Shown one piece after another: positions 57,401 through 64,000 of a DNA stretch of 64,000 nucleotides; the stretch's first letter is position 1; the number at the start of each line of letters is the position of its first letter. The notes under the pieces are model-generated. The model did not search any database, was not told the origin of the DNA, and saw only the letters and a program-made list of their open reading frames with translations. The position numbers were made by a program, and so were the translations under genes. Source of the DNA: Bacteroidota bacterium (GTDB lineage: Bacteria > Bacteroidota > Bacteroidia > JADZBD01); NCBI GenBank assembly GCA_040756415.1, contig JBFLYZ010000014.1, positions 2,075-66,074 of the forward strand, given 5' to 3'.

Positions 57401-57549
57401 AACAGCTTAAGGTACTGCTCGGTCAGCTCCTGGTTCAGCAGGCCTTTCAAAAACGACTGCACAATGGCCCGGCTGCTGCTGGTCACGCCATCCACCTTGG
57501 CGATGATAGCGAAAAGCTGCATCAGGGCTTTCAGAATCCGCTCACTCAT
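54475..57549 (-). CDS. Fused TerB-like N-domain + ABC ATPase + ABC-2 type permease (ABCG-like half transporter)
   Basis: 1024 aa. The N-terminal roughly 300 aa are TerB-like helical repeats. Walker A (GIMGGSGAGKSTLLN), ABC signature (ISGGQRKRLNIGLEL) and Walker B (VMFVDEPTSGLS) follow, then a six-TM ABC-2 permease and a long coiled-coil C-terminal region. Confidence 0.85.
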   Translation of the reverse strand: MSERILKALMQLFAIIAKVDGVTSSSRAIVQSFLKGLLNQELTEQYLKLFDEFLDAHHQVTKKKDGTQKRTSLNSVKVLKICTQINSELAQKQKLVVLIRLLEFIHSSNEISEQELEFVATVAETFNIEEGEFKRCMAFVQNSATEVPDQPQILIIDSNREDRYKEARHIFSENINGEVRVLWIQSVNLYAVLYFGNSDLYMNGQILSQGKVYILTEGSSIRSSKVAPIYYSDIIGKFLSDESSSKISFEARNLDYKFKNGNLGLRNVNIREESGKLIGIMGGSGAGKSTLLNVLNGMETPSGGGVYINGINIHTESKKIEGVIGHVSQDDLLIEELTVFQNLFYNAKLCFGNLPDSKIKEMVDKVLMDLGLYEKKDLKVGNPLNKTISGGQRKRLNIGLELIREPNVMFVDEPTSGLSSRDSENIMDLLKELALKGKLVFVVIHQPSSEIFKMFDKLIILDVGGYPIYYGNPVDGVIYFKRLVNHANADLSECPECGNVNPEQIFNIIESKVLDEYGNLTPNRKMSPAEWNEHYRMQIESKIEPISSHTEIPASTFRIPNRIKQFMIYATRDVKSKLTNTQYLVINLLEAPLLAFILAYLVKYYNTDESNKIGYVFRENSNLTAYLFMAVVVALFIGLTVSAEEIIRDRKIQKRESFLNLSRISYLFSKITILFTLSAIQAMTFVLIGNWILDIRGMWFDYWFVLFSTACFANMLGLNISASFNSAVTIYILIPFLLIPQLLLSGVIVKFEKLNPVLTSQKNVPIAGEVMASRWAFEALAVNQFKSNKFEKMFYDFDKRASYADFKKNFWIPKLRAKIDRCESDMGDAKLKDELTADLQLLKNEISKEVKRMPKIKFGMADKLTLASFTPEVAQAARDYLTRLNQYYIKVYNDNANAKDKKIGDLNRSDADKEAFLKMKNDYQNESLSDLVKNATELDKIIEKDGQLIQRADPVYLDPDENFKSHFYAPRKKVFGRYYDTYWVNLSVIWLMSLTLAVTLYYDLLKKLLDGIENLFSRFAKKGP

Positions 57550-57632
57550 ATACTCCTGGTCATTTTATTTTCCTGACAAAAAAAGACATTAATCGGGTTA
57601 ATGTCTTTCTTTGTTCGTGTATTCTTTCCGGC

Positions 57633-58064
57633 TTATTGTTTAAACCCGATCAGCAATACCGCGCAGCCCGACTGAGCCGTTTCCTGGTTCAGCGTGGCCT
57701 CGATGGTGCAATCTAGGGTGGATGTGATCTTGAAATCCCAATACGGGGCGTTCTTGTAGTCCTTGCTGCTGAACAGCACGTTCCCGTCCTGGTCGCGTAT
57801 GGTGAAGATGAGGTTGCCGTCCGTCATTCCCGAGCAGGCGCAGATGCGGTAGGTGGTTCCGCCATAGAACGTGGTGCGGAACTCGGCCGTTTGGTCGTTG
57901 ACCAGCAGGGTGCGGTACACTTGTCCGTCAGAAACGTAGGTGGTGGAAAGGTGTTTTGCGCACAGGCTGGCGATGCTGTCGCATATCTGGGCCCTGCTTT
58001 GCGCAGCGAAAGTGAGAGCGATCGCGGTCAGGATGATGGTAAGGTATCGTTTTGATATGGCCAT
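57633..58064 (-). CDS. Hypothetical secreted Cys-containing small protein
   Basis: Signal peptide MAISKRYLTIILTAIALTFAAQSRAQ and 6 Cys. It is co-oriented 84 bp upstream of the ABC gene. Confidence 0.4.
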   Translation of the reverse strand: MAISKRYLTIILTAIALTFAAQSRAQICDSIASLCAKHLSTTYVSDGQVYRTLLVNDQTAEFRTTFYGGTTYRICACSGMTDGNLIFTIRDQDGNVLFSSKDYKNAPYWDFKITSTLDCTIEATLNQETAQSGCAVLLIGFKQ

Positions 58065-58090
58065 AAAAAGCTTTTGTTTTTGTTCTGTTA

Positions 58091-58978
58091 TTATCCTACT
58101 ACGAGCTGGCGAAGGTTAGCGATCTTGTCGGTAATGGCCTTGAGCTGCTCGGGCGTGATCTTCACTTCCGTACGGCTGGTGATCGTAGTGGTCTTTTTAC
58201 CCTCGTCTGTCTCCGGTTTTTCGTAAACGTATTTGTACTCGATGCCTTCGTAATCGGCCTGCAGGGACTTGAGCTGCGAGATCAGCTCGGCATATTCTTC
58301 CTGGCCGGCATAGGTTTCCATCAGCCCTACCAGGCTGGTGAGCGTGGTCTTCTGCTCGGCAATGCGGTTGATGATATCCTGGTTGCCCTTGGCGGTCTGG
58401 CAGGCGAAATGCAATGCCTCGATCCATCCGCCCGCGATAATAAGGGCGCTGATATCGTTACGGTCGTTGTTCTGCAGGAACTGGTCACTGGCGCGGTAGG
58501 CGCTGGAAACAAGCGCAAGCATGGAATCTTTTTTGCCTATGTTGGCCTGGAAACGCGAGATAAGCGATTTGTCAAAGGCATCGCTCACGTCCAGCATCTC
58601 GGCCAGCTTCTGCGTGGCGATAAAATACTGCATGGCATCCCCGTTCTGCTCGTACATGGTCAGGTAGCCCAGGTCGCATCCGTACACCCCCAGGTTCAGG
58701 GCCATCTGGTACTTGGTAGAGTAATTGGTGGAATTATCTGAAGGGTTGAGAATGGTCTTATCAAAAGGAACCCCGGTCTTTTTGATGAGCACCGCGGTCT
58801 GTATGGGTGAGGGTATGCTGAATATCTTACCCCGTACCTTTACGTTGATGTTGGCGTTGCTGTCGATCTTGGTGGTATCGTCACCATTATTGCCGTTCTC
58901 ATCAGGCCCGCAGCTTACCATGAGGGAAGCAGCGGCAACAACAGCGGTAAATAACAGCGCAGTACGTTTGAAAATCAT
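58091..58978 (-). CDS. Hypothetical lipoprotein
   Basis: Lipobox (ASLMVSCGPDENG). It is 295 aa and sits 27 bp upstream of the previous gene on the same strand. Confidence 0.45.
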   Translation of the reverse strand: MIFKRTALLFTAVVAAASLMVSCGPDENGNNGDDTTKIDSNANINVKVRGKIFSIPSPIQTAVLIKKTGVPFDKTILNPSDNSTNYSTKYQMALNLGVYGCDLGYLTMYEQNGDAMQYFIATQKLAEMLDVSDAFDKSLISRFQANIGKKDSMLALVSSAYRASDQFLQNNDRNDISALIIAGGWIEALHFACQTAKGNQDIINRIAEQKTTLTSLVGLMETYAGQEEYAELISQLKSLQADYEGIEYKYVYEKPETDEGKKTTTITSRTEVKITPEQLKAITDKIANLRQLVVG

Positions 58979-59073
58979 AGGGTTCTGGTTACTTAGGTTT
59001 AAGAAATACGTTGCAAGTAATGAATTTTTAGTTGAAAGGCCAAAAATAATACTTTATCCGGTAAAACAAGCAA

Positions 59074-60837
59074 TTAATCCAAAATTTTGGTCTTCGACAC
59101 AGCCAGCCTAAGCACTATAAATGAGGCCAGTGCGGCCCCCAAACACCATAGCGCGTCAATCCATTCTTTGAAGATGAGCTTGCCGCTCAAAAAGAGGATG
59201 GAATAGGTCATGGCCACCGAGCTGAGCCAACATACGAAAAGCCCTCCCAGGCGGGATTTGTGGCCCGTGATGTTCATTCTCTGCCGTACCGGGTTCCAGG
59301 CCCCTTGCGGCCTCACCTTATCATAAAAACGTTTCAGTGTTTCATCGCTCTCGGGGCCGGTGATGAAGGTAACCAGCAGCCAGGCTGCGGTAGTGAAGCC
59401 CACCGTCAGGAAAAAGCTGTCGGGGAATTCCAGCCCGAGCAGGAAGCGGGACACGGAATACCCGATAAACGGGGCTGCCGTTGCCGTTATTTCGCTCCAG
59501 GCATTGATGCGCCACCAGTACCAGCGCAGGATCAGCACCAGGCCCAGGCCCGCACCGCATTCGATGATGAAGCTCCACACGCCCGAAATGCTGCTGATGA
59601 GGGTAGTGACGTAAAGCGCTATGCCCATGGTAAGCAGGGTAGTGATGCGGCTGATCTGCACGTAATGCTTTTCGGCCTGTGCGTTGCTGGCGAATTGTTC
59701 CTTCGGCCGCATGAAGCGCTTGTAAAAATCGTTGACCAGGTAGCTGGCTCCCCAGTTAAGCTGGGTGGAAATGGTGCTCATGTAAGCGGCCAGGAAGGCG
59801 ACCAGCAGCAGCCCCTTCAGCCCCGCAGGCAGAAACTCCTTCATGGCCATCACATACCCGAGCTTTTTATCGCTTACCTCCGGGTACAGCACGATACAGC
59901 ACAATCCTACGATGATCCAAGGCCAGGGCCGTATGCAGTAATGGGCGATCTGGAAGAACAGTGTGGCGAAGATGGAGTGCTTTTCATTTTTTGCGCTCAT
60001 CATACGCTGCGCCACATACCCTCCGCCACCCGGCTCGGCACCGGGGTACCAACTGGCCCACCATTGTACGGAAATATAGGCCAGGAAAGCCCCGATGGAG
60101 ATTGTGAGCGTACCGGGCAGGCCCCCTTTGGTCTCACCGATATTGGGAAAGAACTGCAGGCTCCAGGCAGGTATTTTTTCTTTCAGGCCTTCGATGCCGC
60201 CAATCTGCTCATCGTGCAGCACGATCACGGCCAGCACGATGCAGCCGGTCATGGCGATGACAAACTGAACCATATCCGTAACGGCTACCCCCCACAGCCC
60301 TGAAAGGGTGGAATAAACGGTGGTGAGCAGCATGGCCCCGGCCACATACCACAGCGCCTCTGACTCCGGAATATTGAAGAACACGTTGAGTATGGCGATC
60401 AGGGCAACGTTCACCCATCCTACGATGATGCAATTCATGAACAATCCCAGGTAGAGGGCCTTGAAACCCCTCAGGAAGGCAGCCGCTTTGCCGCCATACC
60501 GGAACTCGATCAGCTCCACTTCGGTCAGCACCTCGGCCCTGCGCCAGAGGCGGGCGAAGAAAAAAGTGGTGAGCATGCCCCCGGAGAGGAAGCTCCACCA
60601 GAGCCAGTTCCCTGCAATACCATGTTGCGCCACCAGCTCGTTTACGGCCAGGGGCGTGTCGGCCGCGAAAGTGGTAGCCACCATGCTGATGCCGGCCACA
60701 TACCAGGGCAGGTTACGCCCGCCCAGGAAAAAATCGCTGAGGCTGCCGCTGGCCCTGTTCTTATAATAGAGGCCAATAGCCAGGGAGAGCAGGAGGTAGG
60801 CCGCTATGATGATCCAGTCGATGGGGGCAAGGAGCAT
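59074..60837 (-). CDS. Sodium:solute symporter family (SSF) transporter
   Basis: TM1 starts at MLLAPIDWIIIAAYLLLSLAIGLYY and the protein is polytopic (about 13 TM). SSF-like motifs are present (GRNLPWYVAGISMVATTFAADTPLAV). The upstream in-frame ATG at 60900 is probably not the start. Confidence 0.8.
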   Translation of the reverse strand: MLLAPIDWIIIAAYLLLSLAIGLYYKNRASGSLSDFFLGGRNLPWYVAGISMVATTFAADTPLAVNELVAQHGIAGNWLWWSFLSGGMLTTFFFARLWRRAEVLTEVELIEFRYGGKAAAFLRGFKALYLGLFMNCIIVGWVNVALIAILNVFFNIPESEALWYVAGAMLLTTVYSTLSGLWGVAVTDMVQFVIAMTGCIVLAVIVLHDEQIGGIEGLKEKIPAWSLQFFPNIGETKGGLPGTLTISIGAFLAYISVQWWASWYPGAEPGGGGYVAQRMMSAKNEKHSIFATLFFQIAHYCIRPWPWIIVGLCCIVLYPEVSDKKLGYVMAMKEFLPAGLKGLLLVAFLAAYMSTISTQLNWGASYLVNDFYKRFMRPKEQFASNAQAEKHYVQISRITTLLTMGIALYVTTLISSISGVWSFIIECGAGLGLVLILRWYWWRINAWSEITATAAPFIGYSVSRFLLGLEFPDSFFLTVGFTTAAWLLVTFITGPESDETLKRFYDKVRPQGAWNPVRQRMNITGHKSRLGGLFVCWLSSVAMTYSILFLSGKLIFKEWIDALWCLGAALASFIVLRLAVSKTKILD

Positions 60838-60841
60838 GGAG

Positions 60842-60888
60842 TCTGTAGTCTGTAGTCTGTAGTCTGTAGTTTGTAGTTTGTAGTTTAG
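60842..60888. repeat. Heptanucleotide tandem repeat (TCTGTAG x4, TTTGTAG x2 + partial; CTACAGA/CTACAAA on the coding strand)
   Basis: Directly visible as gtctgtagtctgtagtctgtagtctgtagtttgtagtttgtagtttag. It lies 4 bp upstream of the symporter ATG. Confidence 0.8.
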
Positions 60889-60999
60889 TGCATGAGGCAA
60901 AAATAATCGAGGGTATAATGCTCATGACCCGGTGTTTTGAGAAGTAATTAACAGACCATGCAGGCACCACTGCCGATTACTTCATAACTTTGCGTGGGT

Positions 61000-62166
61000 A
61001 TGAAAAAACAGGAAGAGGACTTTCCTATGCTGGCCACCACCCTTTTCGGGCTGGAAGAGGTGCTGGCCCAGGAGCTGCTGAAGCTGGGCGCCAGGAACAT
61101 AGAAAAGCAAAAGAGAGCGGTAAGCTTCGTGGGCGACAAGGGCTTTATGTATAAGGCCAATTACAGCCTGCGCACGGCCACGCGCGTACTTGTGCCCATA
61201 CAGCAGTTCTTCGTGAAAGGCGAAGAGGACCTGTATACGAAGATCAAAAAGATAGAATGGGAAAAGTACCTGCACGAGCTGGATACCTTTGCCATTGACA
61301 CTTCGCTGAAAACGCACCTGTTCACGCATTCGCAGTATATCTCCCAAAAAGCGAAGGATGCGGTGGTTGACCGCTTCCGCGAAAAGACCGGCAAGCGGCC
61401 ATCGGTGGACCTGGACCGTCCCTGGCTGCGCATCAACCTGCACGTATATGAGAACACGTGCATCGTATCGCTCGACAGTTCAGGGAACTCGCTGCACAAG
61501 CGCAATTACCGCGACAAGACCAACCTGGCCCCGCTCAATGAAGTGCTCGCGGCCGGCATGATCCTGCTCACCGGCTGGGATAAACGTTCGGCCTTTGTCG
61601 ATCCCATGTGCGGATCGGGTACCATCGTCACCGAAGCCGCCCTTATAGCCGGCAATATTCCACCGGGTTATTACCGCGAGGAGTTCGGCTTCATGCACTG
61701 GAAGGACTTCGACAAGGAGCTCTGGGAACTGATCAGGGATTCGTGCCTGAAAAAGATCAGCAATGAGGATGTGATGATCTACGGTTCTGACCTCTCACCG
61801 AACGTGACGAAAAAAGCGAAGCAAAATGTGAAAGAGGCCAGGGTAGAGGACATGGTTACGATCAGCACTTCTGATTTCGCCCAGCTTGAAAAGCCGGCCG
61901 GCAGAGGTGTACTTGTCATGAACCCGCCTTATGGCGAACGCATGGATAAGGATGATATTACCGCTCTGTATAAGACTATTGGCGACACCCTCAAAAAGAA
62001 CTGGAGCGGCTGGACGGCCTGGCTGATCACATCCAACGAAGAGGCTGCCAAAGCCATCGGCCTGCGGCACACGCGCAGGATCACCCTGTATAATGGCGGA
62101 CTGGAATGCAAGTACCTGAAGTTTGAAATGTACGAGGGCACGAAGAAAGTGCATAAGCTCAGCTAA
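61000..62166 (+). CDS. THUMP-domain class I SAM-dependent RNA methyltransferase (RlmL/UPF0020-like)
   Basis: N-terminal ferredoxin-like/THUMP region. The methyltransferase core has FVDPMCGSGTIVTEAALIA and catalytic NPPYGERM (N6-adenine/guanine-N2 type). Confidence 0.8.
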   Translation: MKKQEEDFPMLATTLFGLEEVLAQELLKLGARNIEKQKRAVSFVGDKGFMYKANYSLRTATRVLVPIQQFFVKGEEDLYTKIKKIEWEKYLHELDTFAIDTSLKTHLFTHSQYISQKAKDAVVDRFREKTGKRPSVDLDRPWLRINLHVYENTCIVSLDSSGNSLHKRNYRDKTNLAPLNEVLAAGMILLTGWDKRSAFVDPMCGSGTIVTEAALIAGNIPPGYYREEFGFMHWKDFDKELWELIRDSCLKKISNEDVMIYGSDLSPNVTKKAKQNVKEARVEDMVTISTSDFAQLEKPAGRGVLVMNPPYGERMDKDDITALYKTIGDTLKKNWSGWTAWLITSNEEAAKAIGLRHTRRITLYNGGLECKYLKFEMYEGTKKVHKLS

Positions 62167-62257
62167 GCAACCTTTCATTCGTCTAAAACGTCTTGTAATC
62201 GGCATTGTCGCCCGCTTTAAACGTTTATTTTTACACGCATTTGATAAACCAGAGCAC

Positions 62258-64000
62258 ATGAGAAAGTTCCTGTACCTTCTTTTCATAGTTCATATTTCCT
62301 ATTTCGCATCTCATTCACAAACCTGCCCCAGCATAACAGCGGGCACCAATGCCACCATCTGCACCCCGCAGTGCGCTACGCTGACCGCTACGGCCACGCC
62401 TACTTTTCAGACCACATCCTATACCATCAGTACCATACCTTACAACCCGCAGCCTTATACCGGCACCCAGGTGCTGGGCGGGGTGGATGATGAATGGAGC
62501 GCGGTGATCAACCTGGGGTTCAACTTCTGCTATTACGGTACCATGTACAGCCAGTGCGTGATCGGCTCCAACGGGGTGATCTCGTTCGACCTGAGCAATG
62601 CCTTTGGCTACAACACCTGGCCCATTGCCGCGGCCGTTCCGTCAACCACTCCCACCGACCTTCTCAACTGCATCATGAGTCCCTGGCACGATATCGATCC
62701 CAGCATAGGAGGCGCCATTTACTACCAGACCCTGGGTACCGCCCCCTGCCGCATGTTCGTGGTGTCCTTCAGCCAGGTGCCCATGTTCTCCTGCAACAAC
62801 CTGATCGATAACCAGCAGATCGTTCTGTATGAAACGACCAATATCATTGACATTTTTATCGGTAACAAGCCCCTCTGCACCACCTGGAACGGTGGCTACG
62901 CCATAGAGGCCATACAGGATCCCACCGGCACCCAGGCTGCCGTAGTGGCGGGCAGGAACTATCCCACCCAGTGGACGGCCAGCAATGACGGCCGCAGGTT
63001 CACGCCTTCAGGTACGGCTACTTCGGCCATCAGTTGGTACGACAGCTTTAACACGCTTGTAGGCACCGGCAACGCGATCAACGTTTGTCCGACCACTACC
63101 ACCACCTATTACGCACAGGTAGTTTACACGCAGTGCGATAACTCTACCGTTAGCATGAACAGCAATAACGTAACGGTAACCGTTTCTCCCGGGCCCACGC
63201 TCACCACCAGCAGCACGTCCAGCGGCTGCCTGGCCTGTACGGGCACGGCCAGCGTGGTGGCCACTGGCGGTACTCCGCCTTACACCTATTCATGGAATAC
63301 CACGCCCGCGCAAAGCACTTCTACGGCAACAGGGCTGTGCGGTGGCACATACGTGGTGACGGTAAGCACGGCCAACGGATGTAATTCCACGGCCAGCGTA
63401 ACGGTGCCCTCTTCGGGCGGCCTTACCTCCCTGCTTTCTCAAAGCAACGTGCAGTGCAACGGTCAGTGTACCGGTTCGGCAACCATCAATCCTTCGGGCG
63501 GAACACCGCCTTATACCTATAGCTGGACCACTACGCCCGTGCAGACGACACAAACCGCCAGCGGGCTATGCGCGGGCAACTATACCGTGGTGGTGACCGA
63601 TGCGAATGGCTGTACCACTTCGCAAAGCGTGGTGATCAGCCAGCCCCCCGCTATGAGCGTAACGGCATCCGGCAGCCCGGCTACGGTCTGTTCCTCGCAA
63701 TGCGCAACGCTCAGCGCAACGCCTTCGGGCGGAAATCCGCCTTATACCTATTCATGGGTTCCCGGCAATATGACCGGGAACAATGTTCAGGCCTGCCCGA
63801 CCGCCACCACAACTTATACCGTGATCATTACCGATGCGAACAATTGCACGGTCAACAATACGGCCATGGTAACGGTGAATGCTCCACCATCGGTCACTGT
63901 TACCGCATCGCCCGCATCGTACTGCGCGGGCGGAAGCAGCAACCTCAATGCCAGCGGAGGGGTGAGCTATTCCTGGTCGCCCGCCACCGGTTTGAGCAAT
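62258..64000 (+). CDS. T9SS gliding-motility-type adhesin with SprB repeats (5' part; runs off window end)
   Basis: Signal peptide MRKFLYLLFIVHISYFASHSQ. At least five SprB-type repeats, of the form C..C.G…(G)GTPPYTYSW…GLC.G.Y.V.V.D.NGC. The frame stays open to position 64000. Confidence 0.65.
   Translation, partial: MRKFLYLLFIVHISYFASHSQTCPSITAGTNATICTPQCATLTATATPTFQTTSYTISTIPYNPQPYTGTQVLGGVDDEWSAVINLGFNFCYYGTMYSQCVIGSNGVISFDLSNAFGYNTWPIAAAVPSTTPTDLLNCIMSPWHDIDPSIGGAIYYQTLGTAPCRMFVVSFSQVPMFSCNNLIDNQQIVLYETTNIIDIFIGNKPLCTTWNGGYAIEAIQDPTGTQAAVVAGRNYPTQWTASNDGRRFTPSGTATSAISWYDSFNTLVGTGNAINVCPTTTTTYYAQVVYTQCDNSTVSMNSNNVTVTVSPGPTLTTSSTSSGCLACTGTASVVATGGTPPYTYSWNTTPAQSTSTATGLCGGTYVVTVSTANGCNSTASVTVPSSGGLTSLLSQSNVQCNGQCTGSATINPSGGTPPYTYSWTTTPVQTTQTASGLCAGNYTVVVTDANGCTTSQSVVISQPPAMSVTASGSPATVCSSQCATLSATPSGGNPPYTYSWVPGNMTGNNVQACPTATTTYTVIITDANNCTVNNTAMVTVNAPPSVTVTASPASYCAGGSSNLNASGGVSYSWSPATGLSN

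Noticed and set aside
60842-60888. Possibility that the 7-bp repeat is a CRISPR-like or minisatellite array.
   Set aside because: There are no spacers and the unit is only 7 bp. It is a simple microsatellite, not CRISPR.
1-64000. Search for tRNA or rRNA genes, integrase or transposase genes, inverted repeats of IS elements, and prophage genes.
   Set aside because: There are no T-loop/anticodon-stem-like conserved blocks, no DDE/tyrosine-recombinase-like ORFs, and no terminal inverted repeats. The tandem paralog arrays look like local duplications, not mobile elements.

Overview
This 64-kb window looks like a high-GC Bacteroidota chromosome, probably Chitinophagia or Sphingobacteriia-like. 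The evidence is many T9SS C-terminal sorting domains, SprB/PKD gliding-type adhesins, TonB-dependent receptors and frequent TTG/GTG start codons. Housekeeping genes (uvrA, miaE-like, djlA-like) are mixed with accessory blocks. I found no tRNA or rRNA genes, no CRISPR array, and no transposase or integrase. The more interesting content is listed below.

- **SiaABC-like module (44221..49607):** a giant propeller-sensor/PP2C phosphatase sits next to a SiaB-like GHKL kinase and a DUF1987 (SiaC-like) protein, with no cyclase partner.
- **Orphan duplicated SiaB-like protein (31696..32820):** a second, internally duplicated SiaB-like gene lies elsewhere in the window.
- **Lipid-modification operon (14930..17514):** a translationally coupled membrane desaturase, DUF1295 and CFA-synthase-like operon, flanked by UspA and a peroxiredoxin.
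- **Tandem paralog arrays:** two T9SS M43-like metalloproteases, and three T9SS propeller proteins of which one is decayed.
- **Heptanucleotide repeat (60842..60888):** a 7-bp tandem repeat lies immediately upstream of a sodium:solute symporter.
- **AT-rich ECF island (781..3340):** an ECF sigma, an anti-sigma with a C-terminal barrel domain, and a lipoprotein.
- **Structured intergenic regions:** several intergenic stretches carry direct repeats and hairpins.

All coordinates were read by eye from the sequence and may be off by 1-2 nt.
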